Under the pieces are notes generated by a model, which had not been told where the DNA came from, did no database searches, and worked only from the letters and a program-made list of their open reading frames with translations. A stretch of DNA of 64,000 nucleotides from Thermoplasmata archaeon (lineage in GTDB: Archaea; Thermoplasmatota; SW-10-69-26; JACQPN01; JAJPHT01). Of this stretch, positions 9,247 through 18,139 are shown piece after piece. The position numbers and the translations under genes are program-made. Location: NCBI GenBank assembly GCA_034667685.1, contig JAXDQU010000054.1:1-64000 (forward strand), read 5' to 3'. The first letter of the stretch is position 1. Each line of letters begins with the position of its first letter.

Positions 9247-10935
9247 TCACTGCGCCCCCTCCAGCGAATACTTGGTCACGGCGCGCCGGTAGAGGCGCCG
9301 CCAGAGGAGGGCATTGATCGCGTAGATGAACACGACCATCGAGAGCACGGAGAGCAGGAGCAGGCCCGGGTCGCGCGTCTCGTACACGGCCTTGTCGATG
9401 AGGTAGCCGATGCCGAACGTGTGATAGCTCGTGCCGCGCCACTGCACGAACTCGCTGACAATGAGCGCGTTCCAGCCGCCGCCCCACGCGGTGATGCTGC
9501 CCGTGATGAGCGCGGGCGTCATGGCAGGGATCATCACGCGCCGCCACAGAAGGATGCCTTTGACACCCTGGATCTCGGCGGCGCTGAGCAGGTCGGCGGG
9601 CACCTGGCGCGCGCCGGCGATGAGGTTGAACAGGAGGTACCACTGCATGCCGGTGAGCACGAGCAGCACGCTCGCGAAGCCCAGCCCGCCGGTGAGGCCG
9701 ATGAAGAGCAGGAGGATGAGCGGGAAGAACGCGACCGCCGGGATGCTCGCCATGACCTCGGTGACCGGGATGAGGATGCGGCTGGCGCGCTCGTTGCGCG
9801 CGATGAAGATCGCGGCGGGCACCGTCCACGCGAGCGTGATCGCGTACGCCACGGAGAGGCGCAGCGTGCTCGCCAGGAGCGCCAGCGGGATGCTCGTCGT
9901 CTCGGCGGGCACGCCGGCCAGGAGCACCTTCACGAGCGCGGTCGCCAGGAGCGCGGCCACGCCGAGGAGGAGCGCGGCGAACGCGAGCGCCAGCGCGACG
10001 CGCGAGGCCTTCAGCACGCGCGGGTTGCGCAGGCGCGCGGGCAGGCGCACGGGCTTCACGTTGACCGAGCCGAGGAGCGGGATGCGCGGCAGGCCGCCTC
10101 CCGCGCCGCGCAGGAGCCGGTAGAAGTCGAGCGCGCGGCTGCGCGGCTGCGTCGTGCTGCGGACCGACTCGAACTTGAAGCGCTCGGCCCACACCTGGAG
10201 CGGGCGCCAGATCGCGAGCTCGAACGCGAGCACCGCGAGCACGAGGACCGCCGTGCCAAGGAGGACCTGCGCCCAGTCCCCCGCGCGCGCCGCATGCGAG
10301 AGGAACGCGCCGAGCCCCGGAAGCTGGATCTCGCCGTTGGCGGTGCTGATGATCTCGCTCGCGGTGACGAAGTACCAGCCGCCGGCCCACGAGACGATGC
10401 CGTTGTAGACGAGCTTGGGGACGCAGGCTGGCAGGATCACGCGGCGCAGGCGCATCCATCCCGCGGCGCCCAGCACCTCGCCCGCGTCCCACGTGTCGCG
10501 CGGGATCGTCGTGATGGCCTCGTACACGCCGAACGCCATGTTCCACGACTGGCTCGTGAAGATGAGGAAGACGCTCGCGGCCTCCAGCCCGAGCACGCTG
10601 CCGTTGAAGAGCGAGACGAAGAAGAGCACGGCCGCCGGGAAGAACGCGAGGATGGGGACGCTCTGGAGGATGTCGAGCAGCGGAAGGAGCACCTTGGCCG
10701 CGCGCTTGCTCGTGGCGGCGGTGTAGCCGTACGTGATCGCGAACGTCAGTGATAGCACGAACGCGAGCAGCATGCGCAGGATGCTGCGCGCCGCCAGGTA
10801 GGGGAGCGAGAGCGCCTCGGGCGCGTCGGGGCGCGCGCCCGCGCCGATCAGCGAGCCCAGCGTCACGGCCAGGACGAGCACGCCGAGCCACGCGGCGGCG
10901 CGCTCGAACCGCTCCGGGACGATGCGCCGCGCCAC
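9247..10935 (-). CDS. ABC transporter permease, two fused TMDs (NitT/TauT family)
   Basis: LDILQSVPILAFFP, SWAGGWYF, AWGGGWNALIVSE; two EAA-like loops. Confidence 0.93.
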   Translation of the reverse strand: MARRIVPERFERAAAWLGVLVLAVTLGSLIGAGARPDAPEALSLPYLAARSILRMLLAFVLSLTFAITYGYTAATSKRAAKVLLPLLDILQSVPILAFFPAAVLFFVSLFNGSVLGLEAASVFLIFTSQSWNMAFGVYEAITTIPRDTWDAGEVLGAAGWMRLRRVILPACVPKLVYNGIVSWAGGWYFVTASEIISTANGEIQLPGLGAFLSHAARAGDWAQVLLGTAVLVLAVLAFELAIWRPLQVWAERFKFESVRSTTQPRSRALDFYRLLRGAGGGLPRIPLLGSVNVKPVRLPARLRNPRVLKASRVALALAFAALLLGVAALLATALVKVLLAGVPAETTSIPLALLASTLRLSVAYAITLAWTVPAAIFIARNERASRILIPVTEVMASIPAVAFFPLILLLFIGLTGGLGFASVLLVLTGMQWYLLFNLIAGARQVPADLLSAAEIQGVKGILLWRRVMIPAMTPALITGSITAWGGGWNALIVSEFVQWRGTSYHTFGIGYLIDKAVYETRDPGLLLLSVLSMVVFIYAINALLWRRLYRRAVTKYSLEGAQ

Positions 10936-10959
10936 GCGGCGGCAGCGCGCGAGGCGGAC

Positions 10960-11874
10960 TTAAAGGAGCCCGACCAGCGCGAGGAAGCGCGGGTGGTCCT
11001 TGAGCGACGCGAAGGCCGGGTCCTCGCCGAGGTCCTGCGCAAGCTCGGGCGCGGCCGCGAGCAGCGGCGCGAGCGCGTCCATCGCCTCGGGGCCGCGCGC
11101 GGTGCGGGCGCAGGCGCGCGCGAGCTCCAGGCGGTACGAGCCTTCCATCGGGTCGAGGTCGTAGGCGCGCTGGAACGCCTCCCGCGCCTGCTCGTGCCGC
11201 TGGAGCGCGACGAGGCACATGCCGTGGCAGAAGTGCGCGACCGCGAGGTCGGCCTGCAGCGCGGCGGCCTGGGCGAACCACGCGGCGGCCTCCTCCGCGC
11301 GGCCCGCCTTGATCGCCGCCTCGCCCGCGCGCAGCAGCGAGGGCACGTCGATGGGCACGACGTTGAGGCGCACCGGGCGCGGCGCGAGCGCAGGCTTGGG
11401 CAGGGGCCTGACGCCGAGCGCGACGACCGCGCCCAGCGCCGCGAGGCCCGCGATCGGGAGAAGCCAGCCCGAAGCGCCGGCGGCGGGCAAGGCGGCCTGC
11501 GAGGCGACCGTCGCGGGCGCGGAGGAGGCCCCGCCCAGCGTGGCGAAGATCGGGTCGCGGCCGGTGGGCGGCTCGGGCGCGGCGGCGGCGGTGAAGACGA
11601 AGGCGCTCTCCGTGGCGAGCGTCGCCTCGGGATCCTTGCGCGCGGGCGGCGCCGGCATCTCGACCGTCGCGTTCGGGACGGGCTCGGCGACCGGCTCGGG
11701 GTCGGGCTGCGCCACGGGAGCGGGCGTCGGATCCGGAGCCGGCGAGGGGCTTGGGGCGGGCGCGTGCTTTCCGTGCGCGGGCGCGTGCGTCATGTCGGGC
11801 TTGCCACCCTGCGCCGCGCCGGCCACGGCAAGGAGCAGGACCAGGAGGAGCAGGAGCGATCGAGCCAAGCGCAT
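10960..11874 (-). CDS. Signal peptide + Pro-rich ectodomain + TM + cytoplasmic TPR protein
   Basis: Hydrophobic N-terminus, PAP-rich linker, WLLPIAGLAALGAVVALGV, TPR helices. Confidence 0.75.
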   Translation of the reverse strand: MRLARSLLLLLVLLLAVAGAAQGGKPDMTHAPAHGKHAPAPSPSPAPDPTPAPVAQPDPEPVAEPVPNATVEMPAPPARKDPEATLATESAFVFTAAAAPEPPTGRDPIFATLGGASSAPATVASQAALPAAGASGWLLPIAGLAALGAVVALGVRPLPKPALAPRPVRLNVVPIDVPSLLRAGEAAIKAGRAEEAAAWFAQAAALQADLAVAHFCHGMCLVALQRHEQAREAFQRAYDLDPMEGSYRLELARACARTARGPEAMDALAPLLAAAPELAQDLGEDPAFASLKDHPRFLALVGLL

Positions 11875-12009
11875 CGCGCCGCGACCTCACGGAGCGTGCA
11901 CAAACGCCCGCGGGACTTCCCGAGGGCCGAAACCGAAAATCCTCAAAGGAGGCGGACGCCGGCTGGCGGGCGTATCCGAGGTGGAGGAGCGCGCACACGA
12001 TCGTGAGGT

Positions 12010-12564
12010 CTAGTCGCGTTCCGACGAGGGTCTTTCGTCAGGATCCTCTTGAGGCTGTGGGGGCTCCTTGCCCTCGAGCTCCGCGGCCAGCTTCCGCGCC
12101 ATCAAGTGGATGGCGTGCGCGCTCGCCGGGGGCGACGACGACGTGATGATGGAAATCCCCTGGCGCACGGCCCAGAATTGGAACCCGAGCGCAGCCGGCT
12201 CGACGCGGCGATAGAGGGGACTCGGCGGGCCTTCAAGGAGCAGGAGCGGGCATGGGTGGGACAAGAGGTCGCGGATCTGGCGGAACAGACGGGGCTTTCG
12301 CTCGGGGTCCCCATCGAGCGTGATCGCCTTCGCCAGGTCGTCCAGGTTCTTCCGCTCGATCGCGCAAGCAGGCGTGCCGTCATCGTCCGCGATGAGGTAG
12401 TCTGCGCCCGCGCCATAGAACGGGTGCTTCTCGCGGCCGCGTCCGCCGAGTCCTGGGCGCTTGTGCAGGATGGACCGCTGGACCGCGATCTTCTCCGGCC
12501 TGCATCGATAGGAAAGGATGTGGTAGAGCTGCCCCGGCTCCGTGATGTCCACGAAGATGCGCAC
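12010..12564 (-). CDS. Stand-alone ERCC4/XPF-type nuclease domain protein
   Basis: IFVD, ADYLI, AIERKNLDDL (ERKxxxD), LLLLEG. Confidence 0.75.
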   Translation of the reverse strand: MRIFVDITEPGQLYHILSYRCRPEKIAVQRSILHKRPGLGGRGREKHPFYGAGADYLIADDDGTPACAIERKNLDDLAKAITLDGDPERKPRLFRQIRDLLSHPCPLLLLEGPPSPLYRRVEPAALGFQFWAVRQGISIITSSSPPASAHAIHLMARKLAAELEGKEPPQPQEDPDERPSSERD

Positions 12565-12687
12565 GCTGGCCCATCGTCGTCGAGAAAATGAGTCTTCTCC
12601 AGAGATCGGTGCAAGAGAAGAAAGGTGAGGGCGCGAAGCGCCCCCCTTTGCCTCGGCGCGCTCGTAGACAGAGCGCGCGAAGCGTGC

Positions 12688-12987
12688 TCAGCCGAAGAGC
12701 GCGCCGAGGCCGGCCATCGCTTCCTCTTCCGAGGGGCCCTTCTCTTCGGGCTTCTCGGCTTCGGCAGCGGGGCCCGCGGCGGCGGGGCCGGCGGCCGCGG
12801 GGGCGGCGCTGGCGACGGCGGTCTTGATGGCCTCGTCGATGTCGACACCGTCGAGGGAGCTCACGAGGGCCTTGACGCGCGCGTCGTTGGCCTCGACACC
12901 GGCAGCCTTGAGGACGGCCTTGATGCCGGCCTCGTCGATCTTCTTGCCCGCGGAGTGCAGGACAAGGGCAGCGTAGACGTATTCCAT
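12688..12987 (-). CDS. rpl12: 50S ribosomal stalk protein P1 (archaeal L12)
   Basis: [14 protein letters not shown]...[13 protein letters not shown]. Confidence 0.98.
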   Translation of the reverse strand: MEYVYAALVLHSAGKKIDEAGIKAVLKAAGVEANDARVKALVSSLDGVDIDEAIKTAVASAAPAAAGPAAAGPAAEAEKPEEKGPSEEEAMAGLGALFG

Positions 12988-13062
12988 GTCAGTTCACCTT
13001 GTTTTTTGATAGCACGGCCGAGAACCGCTCGGCCAACGGCGCGCGGGATCCGCGCGTGATCT

Positions 13063-14004
13063 TCAACCGAACAGGGCCCCCAGGCCGGCCATGGCCTCTT
13101 CTTCGCTGGGGCCCTTCTCTTCGGGCTTCTCCTCTTCCTTCGCGGCCGAGGCGGCGCCGGCCGCGGGAGCGGCGGCGGCAGCGGCGGCGCGGCTGGCGAG
13201 GGCGGCCTTGAGGGCGTCGGACTGCGCGTCCGGGCTGAGCTTCCCGCCCACGCCCATGGCCGAGTTGTAGGCCTTGGCGATGAGGAAGGGAATCGTGACC
13301 TTCGTGGGGTAGCCCGCGAAGACCGCGAGGTTCAGCGCCTGGACGTGCGCGGCCTGCAGACGGGCCGTCTCGTCCACGGAGAGCATGTCCCGCGTGTAGA
13401 TGGTCCCGTCCTCGAAGACGGCCTTGAGATCCATGCCCACGGTCATGGGGAAGATCTCGAGGCGCGCCAGCATGGTCGCCAGATCGGGGCTCGCGGCCTC
13501 GCCGGCCTTGAGCACCGTCTTGTTCTGCTTGATGACGACCTTGCCCTGGTCGATGGCGGCGGGGATGCCCGCGCGCTGCAATTCACCGACGATGGGGCCG
13601 GGCTTGAACGGCGTCTCGCCCTTCGCGACCGTGATGTCCTCGGGCGCCTTCTGGCCGATCTTGATCGGGGCCTTCGTCTTGGAGGCCTCGAGGCGGCGGT
13701 AGAGGCGGTGGGGCTTCATCTTGGTCGCGATGATGGCCGTGGAGCCGCCGATGTTCTGCGTGAGACCATCGAGGCCCTTCTTGCCCATGCCCGCTTCCTT
13801 CAGCGCGAGCGCGAGCAGGGTGTTCTTGGAGATCTTGACCGTCGCGTCGTCGCGCAGGGTCTTGCGCATCGACTGCATCTGGGCCGACGGGATCGCGTCC
13901 ACGTTGGCCAGGCCGATGACGGGGCTCTCCTTGAGGAGCTGGACGATGGTCGCGAGCTCGTCCTTCTTCCACTTCGCGACGTGAGCGTGGGCTTCGTCCG
14001 CCAT
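13063..14004 (-). CDS. rplP0: 50S ribosomal protein uL10/P0
   Basis: VAKWKK, QMQSMRKTLR, TPFKPGP; acidic tail ending GLGALFG. Confidence 0.98.
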   Translation of the reverse strand: MADEAHAHVAKWKKDELATIVQLLKESPVIGLANVDAIPSAQMQSMRKTLRDDATVKISKNTLLALALKEAGMGKKGLDGLTQNIGGSTAIIATKMKPHRLYRRLEASKTKAPIKIGQKAPEDITVAKGETPFKPGPIVGELQRAGIPAAIDQGKVVIKQNKTVLKAGEAASPDLATMLARLEIFPMTVGMDLKAVFEDGTIYTRDMLSVDETARLQAAHVQALNLAVFAGYPTKVTIPFLIAKAYNSAMGVGGKLSPDAQSDALKAALASRAAAAAAAPAAGAASAAKEEEKPEEKGPSEEEAMAGLGALFG

Positions 14005-14005
14005 C

Positions 14006-14647
14006 TCACATCACCTTCTCGGAAGGGCCCATCGTCGTCTTGACGTAGATGGACTGGATGTTCTGCTCGCCGCGCTCCAGCTTCTTGACGACGCGGTCGA
14101 TGATCAGGAACGCGTTCTCCGTGAGATCCTCCGCGCTCATCGTGCGCGTGCCGATCGCCGTGTGGAACGTGCGACGGTCGCGCGAGCGGACGCGGATGGT
14201 GTTCTTCAGGTTCCTGACGATGGCGGCGGGGTCACCGGCGGGGGGCATCGGACGGGGCATCTTGCCGCGGGGGCCGAGGACCGTGCCGAGCGTACGACCG
14301 ATGGTGGGCATGAGCGGCGCTTCGGCCACAAAGTACCCCATGTCGTTCGCGAGCTTGCGGGCCCGGCGCTTGTCGCCGGAAAGCTCGTCGATCTGCTCGG
14401 GCATGACCACGACGTCCGCGACGGCCCTGGCCTTGGCGGCGAGTTCGCCACTGGCGAAGATCGCGACCTTCGGCGCCCTGCCGCGGCCCTTCGGAAGCTG
14501 GACCTCCTCGTCAACGCGGTTCTTCGGGATCGAGAGATCGACGTTCTTCAAGTTGAACGCGAGCTCCACGCTCTCTCCGAACTTGCGCTCGGGAGCCGCC
14601 TCCAGGGCCTTCTTGACGGCCGTGAGGATGGCTGCCTTTTCTACCAA
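14006..14647 (-). CDS. rpl1: 50S ribosomal protein uL1
   Basis: RKFGESVEL, LGPRGKMP, YVKTTMGP; TTG start after SD AGGTGA. Confidence 0.98.
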   Translation of the reverse strand: MVEKAAILTAVKKALEAAPERKFGESVELAFNLKNVDLSIPKNRVDEEVQLPKGRGRAPKVAIFASGELAAKARAVADVVVMPEQIDELSGDKRRARKLANDMGYFVAEAPLMPTIGRTLGTVLGPRGKMPRPMPPAGDPAAIVRNLKNTIRVRSRDRRTFHTAIGTRTMSAEDLTENAFLIIDRVVKKLERGEQNIQSIYVKTTMGPSEKVM

Positions 14648-14651
14648 TCTA

Positions 14652-14750
14652 TCACCTTGGACCGTAGTGTCGCGATCAGAAAGAGCGCGGCGAGCGGTGA
14701 GGCTCTACTACGGTGCAGCGCCGCAGAGGAAAGGGCCACTCATAAAGGTT
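14652..14750 (-). promoter_or_regulatory. rpl1 operon promoter and structured 5' leader
   Basis: TTTATG box at 14741-14746; ACCGTAGT/ACTACGGT stem (14661-14668/14707-14714) directly before SD AGGTGA. Confidence 0.6.
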
Positions 14751-14951
14751 TCCCGGCGTGGGCTGGGGGCGCCCCGGACCCCGCGCCGGCCCCGGCCGCC
14801 CCGCCGGCGCCCCAGTTCCTCGTGGCGCCGGGTTGCGACCACGAAAGGACTAAGATACGACCCGTCCGCTCCCCTGACAGAGGCAATCGGGTTGGACTGG
14901 ATCGCATCAGCCGTGCGGATCGCCGCCGAGTCCGGCGCGTTCTCGCCCCTC

Positions 14952-15443
14952 ATGGGACGCAGTCCGCTCACGTCCCAGGAGATCGAGGGCGCCCCGGTGC
15001 GCCGGGAGATCCTCAAGCTCGTGCGGGCGAAGCCGGGCATCCCCATCTCGGAGGTGCGCGCCCGCCTCGACCTCGGCTGGGGCTCGCTCTACTACCACAT
15101 CCAGAAGCTGGAGCTGGCCGGGTACCTCGAGGTCTGCTCGGTGGGCCGGCTCAACCTCCTCTACCCGCCCGGCGCCGACCACGCGCGCCACGCGAAGGCC
15201 GTCTCGTTCCTGCGCGGCGACACCGCGATGCGGATCGCCGAGGCCATCCTCGCGGAGCCGGGCTGCTCGGTGCCCGACCTGATCGCCGCCACCGGCGAGT
15301 CGCCCCGCGTGGTCTACTACCACGTGAAGCGTCTCGCGGAGATCGGCGTCGTCACGTCAGCCTCGCGGCTGCGCCACGTGGAGCTCCAGCCGACGCCGGA
15401 GCTCGAGCCGTTGCTGCGCAAGATCAGACAGGACGCGCGTTAG
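14952..15443 (+). CDS. Double winged-helix transcriptional regulator
   Basis: RREILKLVRAKPG...GWGSLYYHIQKLE; second HTH EPG...VVYYHVKRL. Confidence 0.82.
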   Translation: MGRSPLTSQEIEGAPVRREILKLVRAKPGIPISEVRARLDLGWGSLYYHIQKLELAGYLEVCSVGRLNLLYPPGADHARHAKAVSFLRGDTAMRIAEAILAEPGCSVPDLIAATGESPRVVYYHVKRLAEIGVVTSASRLRHVELQPTPELEPLLRKIRQDAR

Positions 15444-15664
15444 CGCTTCTTGCCGAGCTTCGTGATGCGCAGGTCTCCGATGAAACCCGAGATCTGCCCG
15501 CGCGCCCGGAGGCGGTTGAGCAGCGGGTGCACGTGCGTGCGGGGAATGCGCGCGAGCCGTGCTATCGTTTTGGAGTCCTGCGCGCCACGAGCGACCGCGC
15601 TCAGAACGCGGTCGGTTTGTGTCATGGGGGGTCTGCCTGGGCCTCGCCTCTTCCTCGGTGCCAC
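15440..15664 (-). CDS. Small wHTH protein (TrmB-like HTH)
   Basis: SKTIARLARIPRTHVHPLLNRLRARG; start uncertain. Confidence 0.6.
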   Translation of the reverse strand: MAPRKRRGPGRPPMTQTDRVLSAVARGAQDSKTIARLARIPRTHVHPLLNRLRARGQISGFIGDLRITKLGKKR

Positions 15665-15670
15665 AGTGTT

Positions 15671-16357
15671 TCACATGAAAGCTCCAATAAAAAACTCCTT
15701 GCACTCGTTTCCGACCCAGGGGGAGGGCATCCCGCACCCCTCCGCGGGGGTCCCCTCCCCCGCCTCGTTGACGGCCGAGACCTGGTAGCCGTGCCCCTCG
15801 AAGGGGAGCAGGCCCGAGTCGTGGAACGTCAGATTCTCGGGGGAAATCGTCGCCACGAGGGCCCCGTCCCGGTAGACCCGGTAGGCCTGGAGGGGGGCGC
15901 CGCCGTCCGAGGACGGGGCGGCCCAGGTCAGGGTGACCTCGCCCAGGGGGCCCGGGCCGGGGGAGGCGGCCAGGTCCTGGGGGGCGGTCGGCACGGTCCA
16001 GGTCGTCGCGTTGGCGGGGTCGCTGGGCGCTCCCTCGCCGGTCAGGTCGACGGCGCTCACGACGTACGTCATCGTGACGCCCGGCGCCAGGCCCGTCTCG
16101 TTCCAGGCGGTCTGGTTGCCCGGCACCTCGGCGATGCCCGTCAGGTTGCCGTCGGCCTCGACGTGGTAGACGCGGTAGGCCGTGACGCCCGTCAGGCTCG
16201 ACGAGGCGTTCCAGGCCAGGCCGATCGTGCCAGGGGCGACCGCGCGGGCCACGAGCCCGGTGGGCGCCGCGGGCCCGAGCAGCGAGCCGGCGCCCGCGAG
16301 CGGCGCGACAAGGAGCGAGGCGGAGGCGAGCAGGGGGAGCAGGGTTCGCAGTTTCAT
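15671..16357 (-). CDS. Secreted protein with two fibronectin type III domains
   Basis: Signal peptide; PAAPTGL..W..YRVY..YVVSAV and PTAPQDL..W..YRVYR..YQVSAVN. Confidence 0.88.
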   Translation of the reverse strand: MKLRTLLPLLASASLLVAPLAGAGSLLGPAAPTGLVARAVAPGTIGLAWNASSSLTGVTAYRVYHVEADGNLTGIAEVPGNQTAWNETGLAPGVTMTYVVSAVDLTGEGAPSDPANATTWTVPTAPQDLAASPGPGPLGEVTLTWAAPSSDGGAPLQAYRVYRDGALVATISPENLTFHDSGLLPFEGHGYQVSAVNEAGEGTPAEGCGMPSPWVGNECKEFFIGAFM

Positions 16358-16451
16358 GCGGGCCGTCCGTTCCGCGCTGGGCGCCTATCGTGATCGGTCA
16401 GGGCATTTGCGAGGCGCTTCGTTCATCGTCCCGTGCGCGCTCGCGCCCCAC

Positions 16452-17378
16452 GTGCGCCTGGCGTTCGCGCTGATCGTCGTGGGCTTGCTGCCGCTGCCCG
16501 CGCTCAACGTCTCGCTCCCGGTGGCGCTGCCCGCCGCGCCCACCGTCTCGCTGCCCGTCGCGTTGCCGCTCCCCGCCACGCCGAACCTCACGCTGCCTGC
16601 GTTGCCCGCCCTGCCGCTGCCCAACGCCACGAGCGCGCCGCCCAACGCGAGCGCGCCCAACGCGACACCGCGGACGTGGGCCCCGGTGGGCTTCTCCTTC
16701 ACGCCGCCTGACAAGCGCCCGCGCGACGACGCGCCGCTCGCGTTGGCCTCGACGCCCACGCCGCCGCCCCCTCCGCGGGTCGTCGCGCTCGAAGAAGGCC
16801 CGCCCACGCCGCTGCGCGCCTCGCCCGTCGCGGCGGCGGCCGCGATGGCCGCCACGGTCCTCGCGGCGGCGGCCGGGCGCCTCTACTCGCGCTTCGGCAA
16901 GGGGGACGTGCGGGACGCCGCCCCCCGCGCGCGCCTCTGCGAGCTGCTCGCGGAGCGCCCCGGCGCCACGCTGGCCGACCTCGCGGCGTGGACCGGCGAG
17001 AGCCGCGGCAAGGTCGTGCACCACACGCACATGCTGGCGCGCCACGGCCTCGTCGTGAGCCGGCACGATGGGCTCCACCGGCGCTTCTGGCTCGCGGGGC
17101 AGCAGCCCTCCGCGCCCGCGCGTCCCCCCACCGCGGCGCAGCGCCGCGTGCTCGACGCGCTCGCGGCGCACGGCCCGCTCACGCGCGAGGAGCTGGCGCG
17201 CATGCTGGGCGTCACGCCGCAGGCGGTGAGCCACCTGCTCCTGAAGCTGCGCGGGGAGGCGCGCGTCGAGGTCGCGGACGCCGCCGACGGGCCGAGGCGC
17301 TGGATCACGTCGCCAGGAGCGCGAGAAGGCGCGACGTCGGACGCAGGTCGCGATACCCCCACGTCGTCGCGCTCGTGA
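16452..17378 (+). CDS. Membrane-associated double-wHTH regulator
   Basis: Hydrophobic/Pro-rich N-terminal half, Ala-rich TM-like helix, LYSR then two wHTH domains; start uncertain. Confidence 0.7.
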   Translation: MRLAFALIVVGLLPLPALNVSLPVALPAAPTVSLPVALPLPATPNLTLPALPALPLPNATSAPPNASAPNATPRTWAPVGFSFTPPDKRPRDDAPLALASTPTPPPPPRVVALEEGPPTPLRASPVAAAAAMAATVLAAAAGRLYSRFGKGDVRDAAPRARLCELLAERPGATLADLAAWTGESRGKVVHHTHMLARHGLVVSRHDGLHRRFWLAGQQPSAPARPPTAAQRRVLDALAAHGPLTREELARMLGVTPQAVSHLLLKLRGEARVEVADAADGPRRWITSPGAREGATSDAGRDTPTSSRS

Positions 17379-17799
17379 TCAGCCCCGCCGAGAGGAGCCG
17401 GCGCACGTGGTAGTAGACGCGCCGCTCCGAGACGCCGGTGGCGGCGACGACGTCGCGCACGCCGCATCCGGGGCGCGCCGCGATGGTCAGCGCGATCGCG
17501 CGGACGTACGCGTGGCGCACGAGCGCGGCGTCCTCGTCGGCCGGATAGTCGGCCGGATAGACGAGGCGCAGGTTCCCCGAGCGGAGCGTGCGCAGGAGGC
17601 CGGCGCGCTCCAGGATGGTGACGTGGTGGACGAGGTTGCTCCACGAGATCGCGGCGCGGCGGCGCAGCTCGGAGAGCGGAAGGCCCGGCGAGGCCTCCAC
17701 GTGCGCCATGAGCGTCGCGCGCGTGCCGGAGGCAAGCGCCTCGCTGGGCGTGAGGGGCCGCCGGAGGGCCAGCGCGCTCAGCTCCACGAGGAGGCTCAT
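17305..17799 (-). CDS. Double winged-helix transcriptional regulator
   Basis: SPGLPLSELRR..ISWSNLVHHV; RPG..VYYHVRRL; paralogue of 14952-15443. Confidence 0.78.
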   Translation of the reverse strand: MSLLVELSALALRRPLTPSEALASGTRATLMAHVEASPGLPLSELRRRAAISWSNLVHHVTILERAGLLRTLRSGNLRLVYPADYPADEDAALVRHAYVRAIALTIAARPGCGVRDVVAATGVSERRVYYHVRRLLSAGLITSATTWGYRDLRPTSRLLALLAT

Positions 17800-17835
17800 G
17801 TTACCGGCAGCATCGGCGTGGGCCTTGGGCTTTTC

Positions 17836-18021
17836 CTAGCGCGGGCGAAGGATACCCCCGCACGGGCCGACCCAGACCGGGGGCCACCCCCACAGATCGA
17901 GGTGCAGGCAGTCCTCCCCGGATTCCGAGGGCAGGCTCACCGACCCCTCCGCGGTGGCCGCCCCGGCCGCCGCCAACGTTCCGAGCACCAGCAACGCCAC
18001 GAGGATCGCTTTCGAGGTCAT
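17836..18021 (-). CDS. Small secreted peptide (61 aa, 2 Cys)
   Basis: MTSKAILVALLVLGTLAAAGAATA signal, then EGSVSLPSESGEDCLHLDLWGWPPVWVGPCGGILRPR. Confidence 0.55.
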   Translation of the reverse strand: MTSKAILVALLVLGTLAAAGAATAEGSVSLPSESGEDCLHLDLWGWPPVWVGPCGGILRPR

Positions 18022-18139
18022 GCGCCATGCCCGGCGCTCCGTGGGTCCATGTGCGCATCGGTTTTGGGCTTCGCAATCGCGCGGCGCGCTCCATCGTTCC
18101 CTGGGAAAGCGAGAAGCACACCTGGCAAGGTGCACGGCT

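Noticed and set aside
12688-13135. Identical C-terminal [22 protein letters not shown] in P0 and P1
   Set aside because: Shared stalk tail is a known archaeal feature
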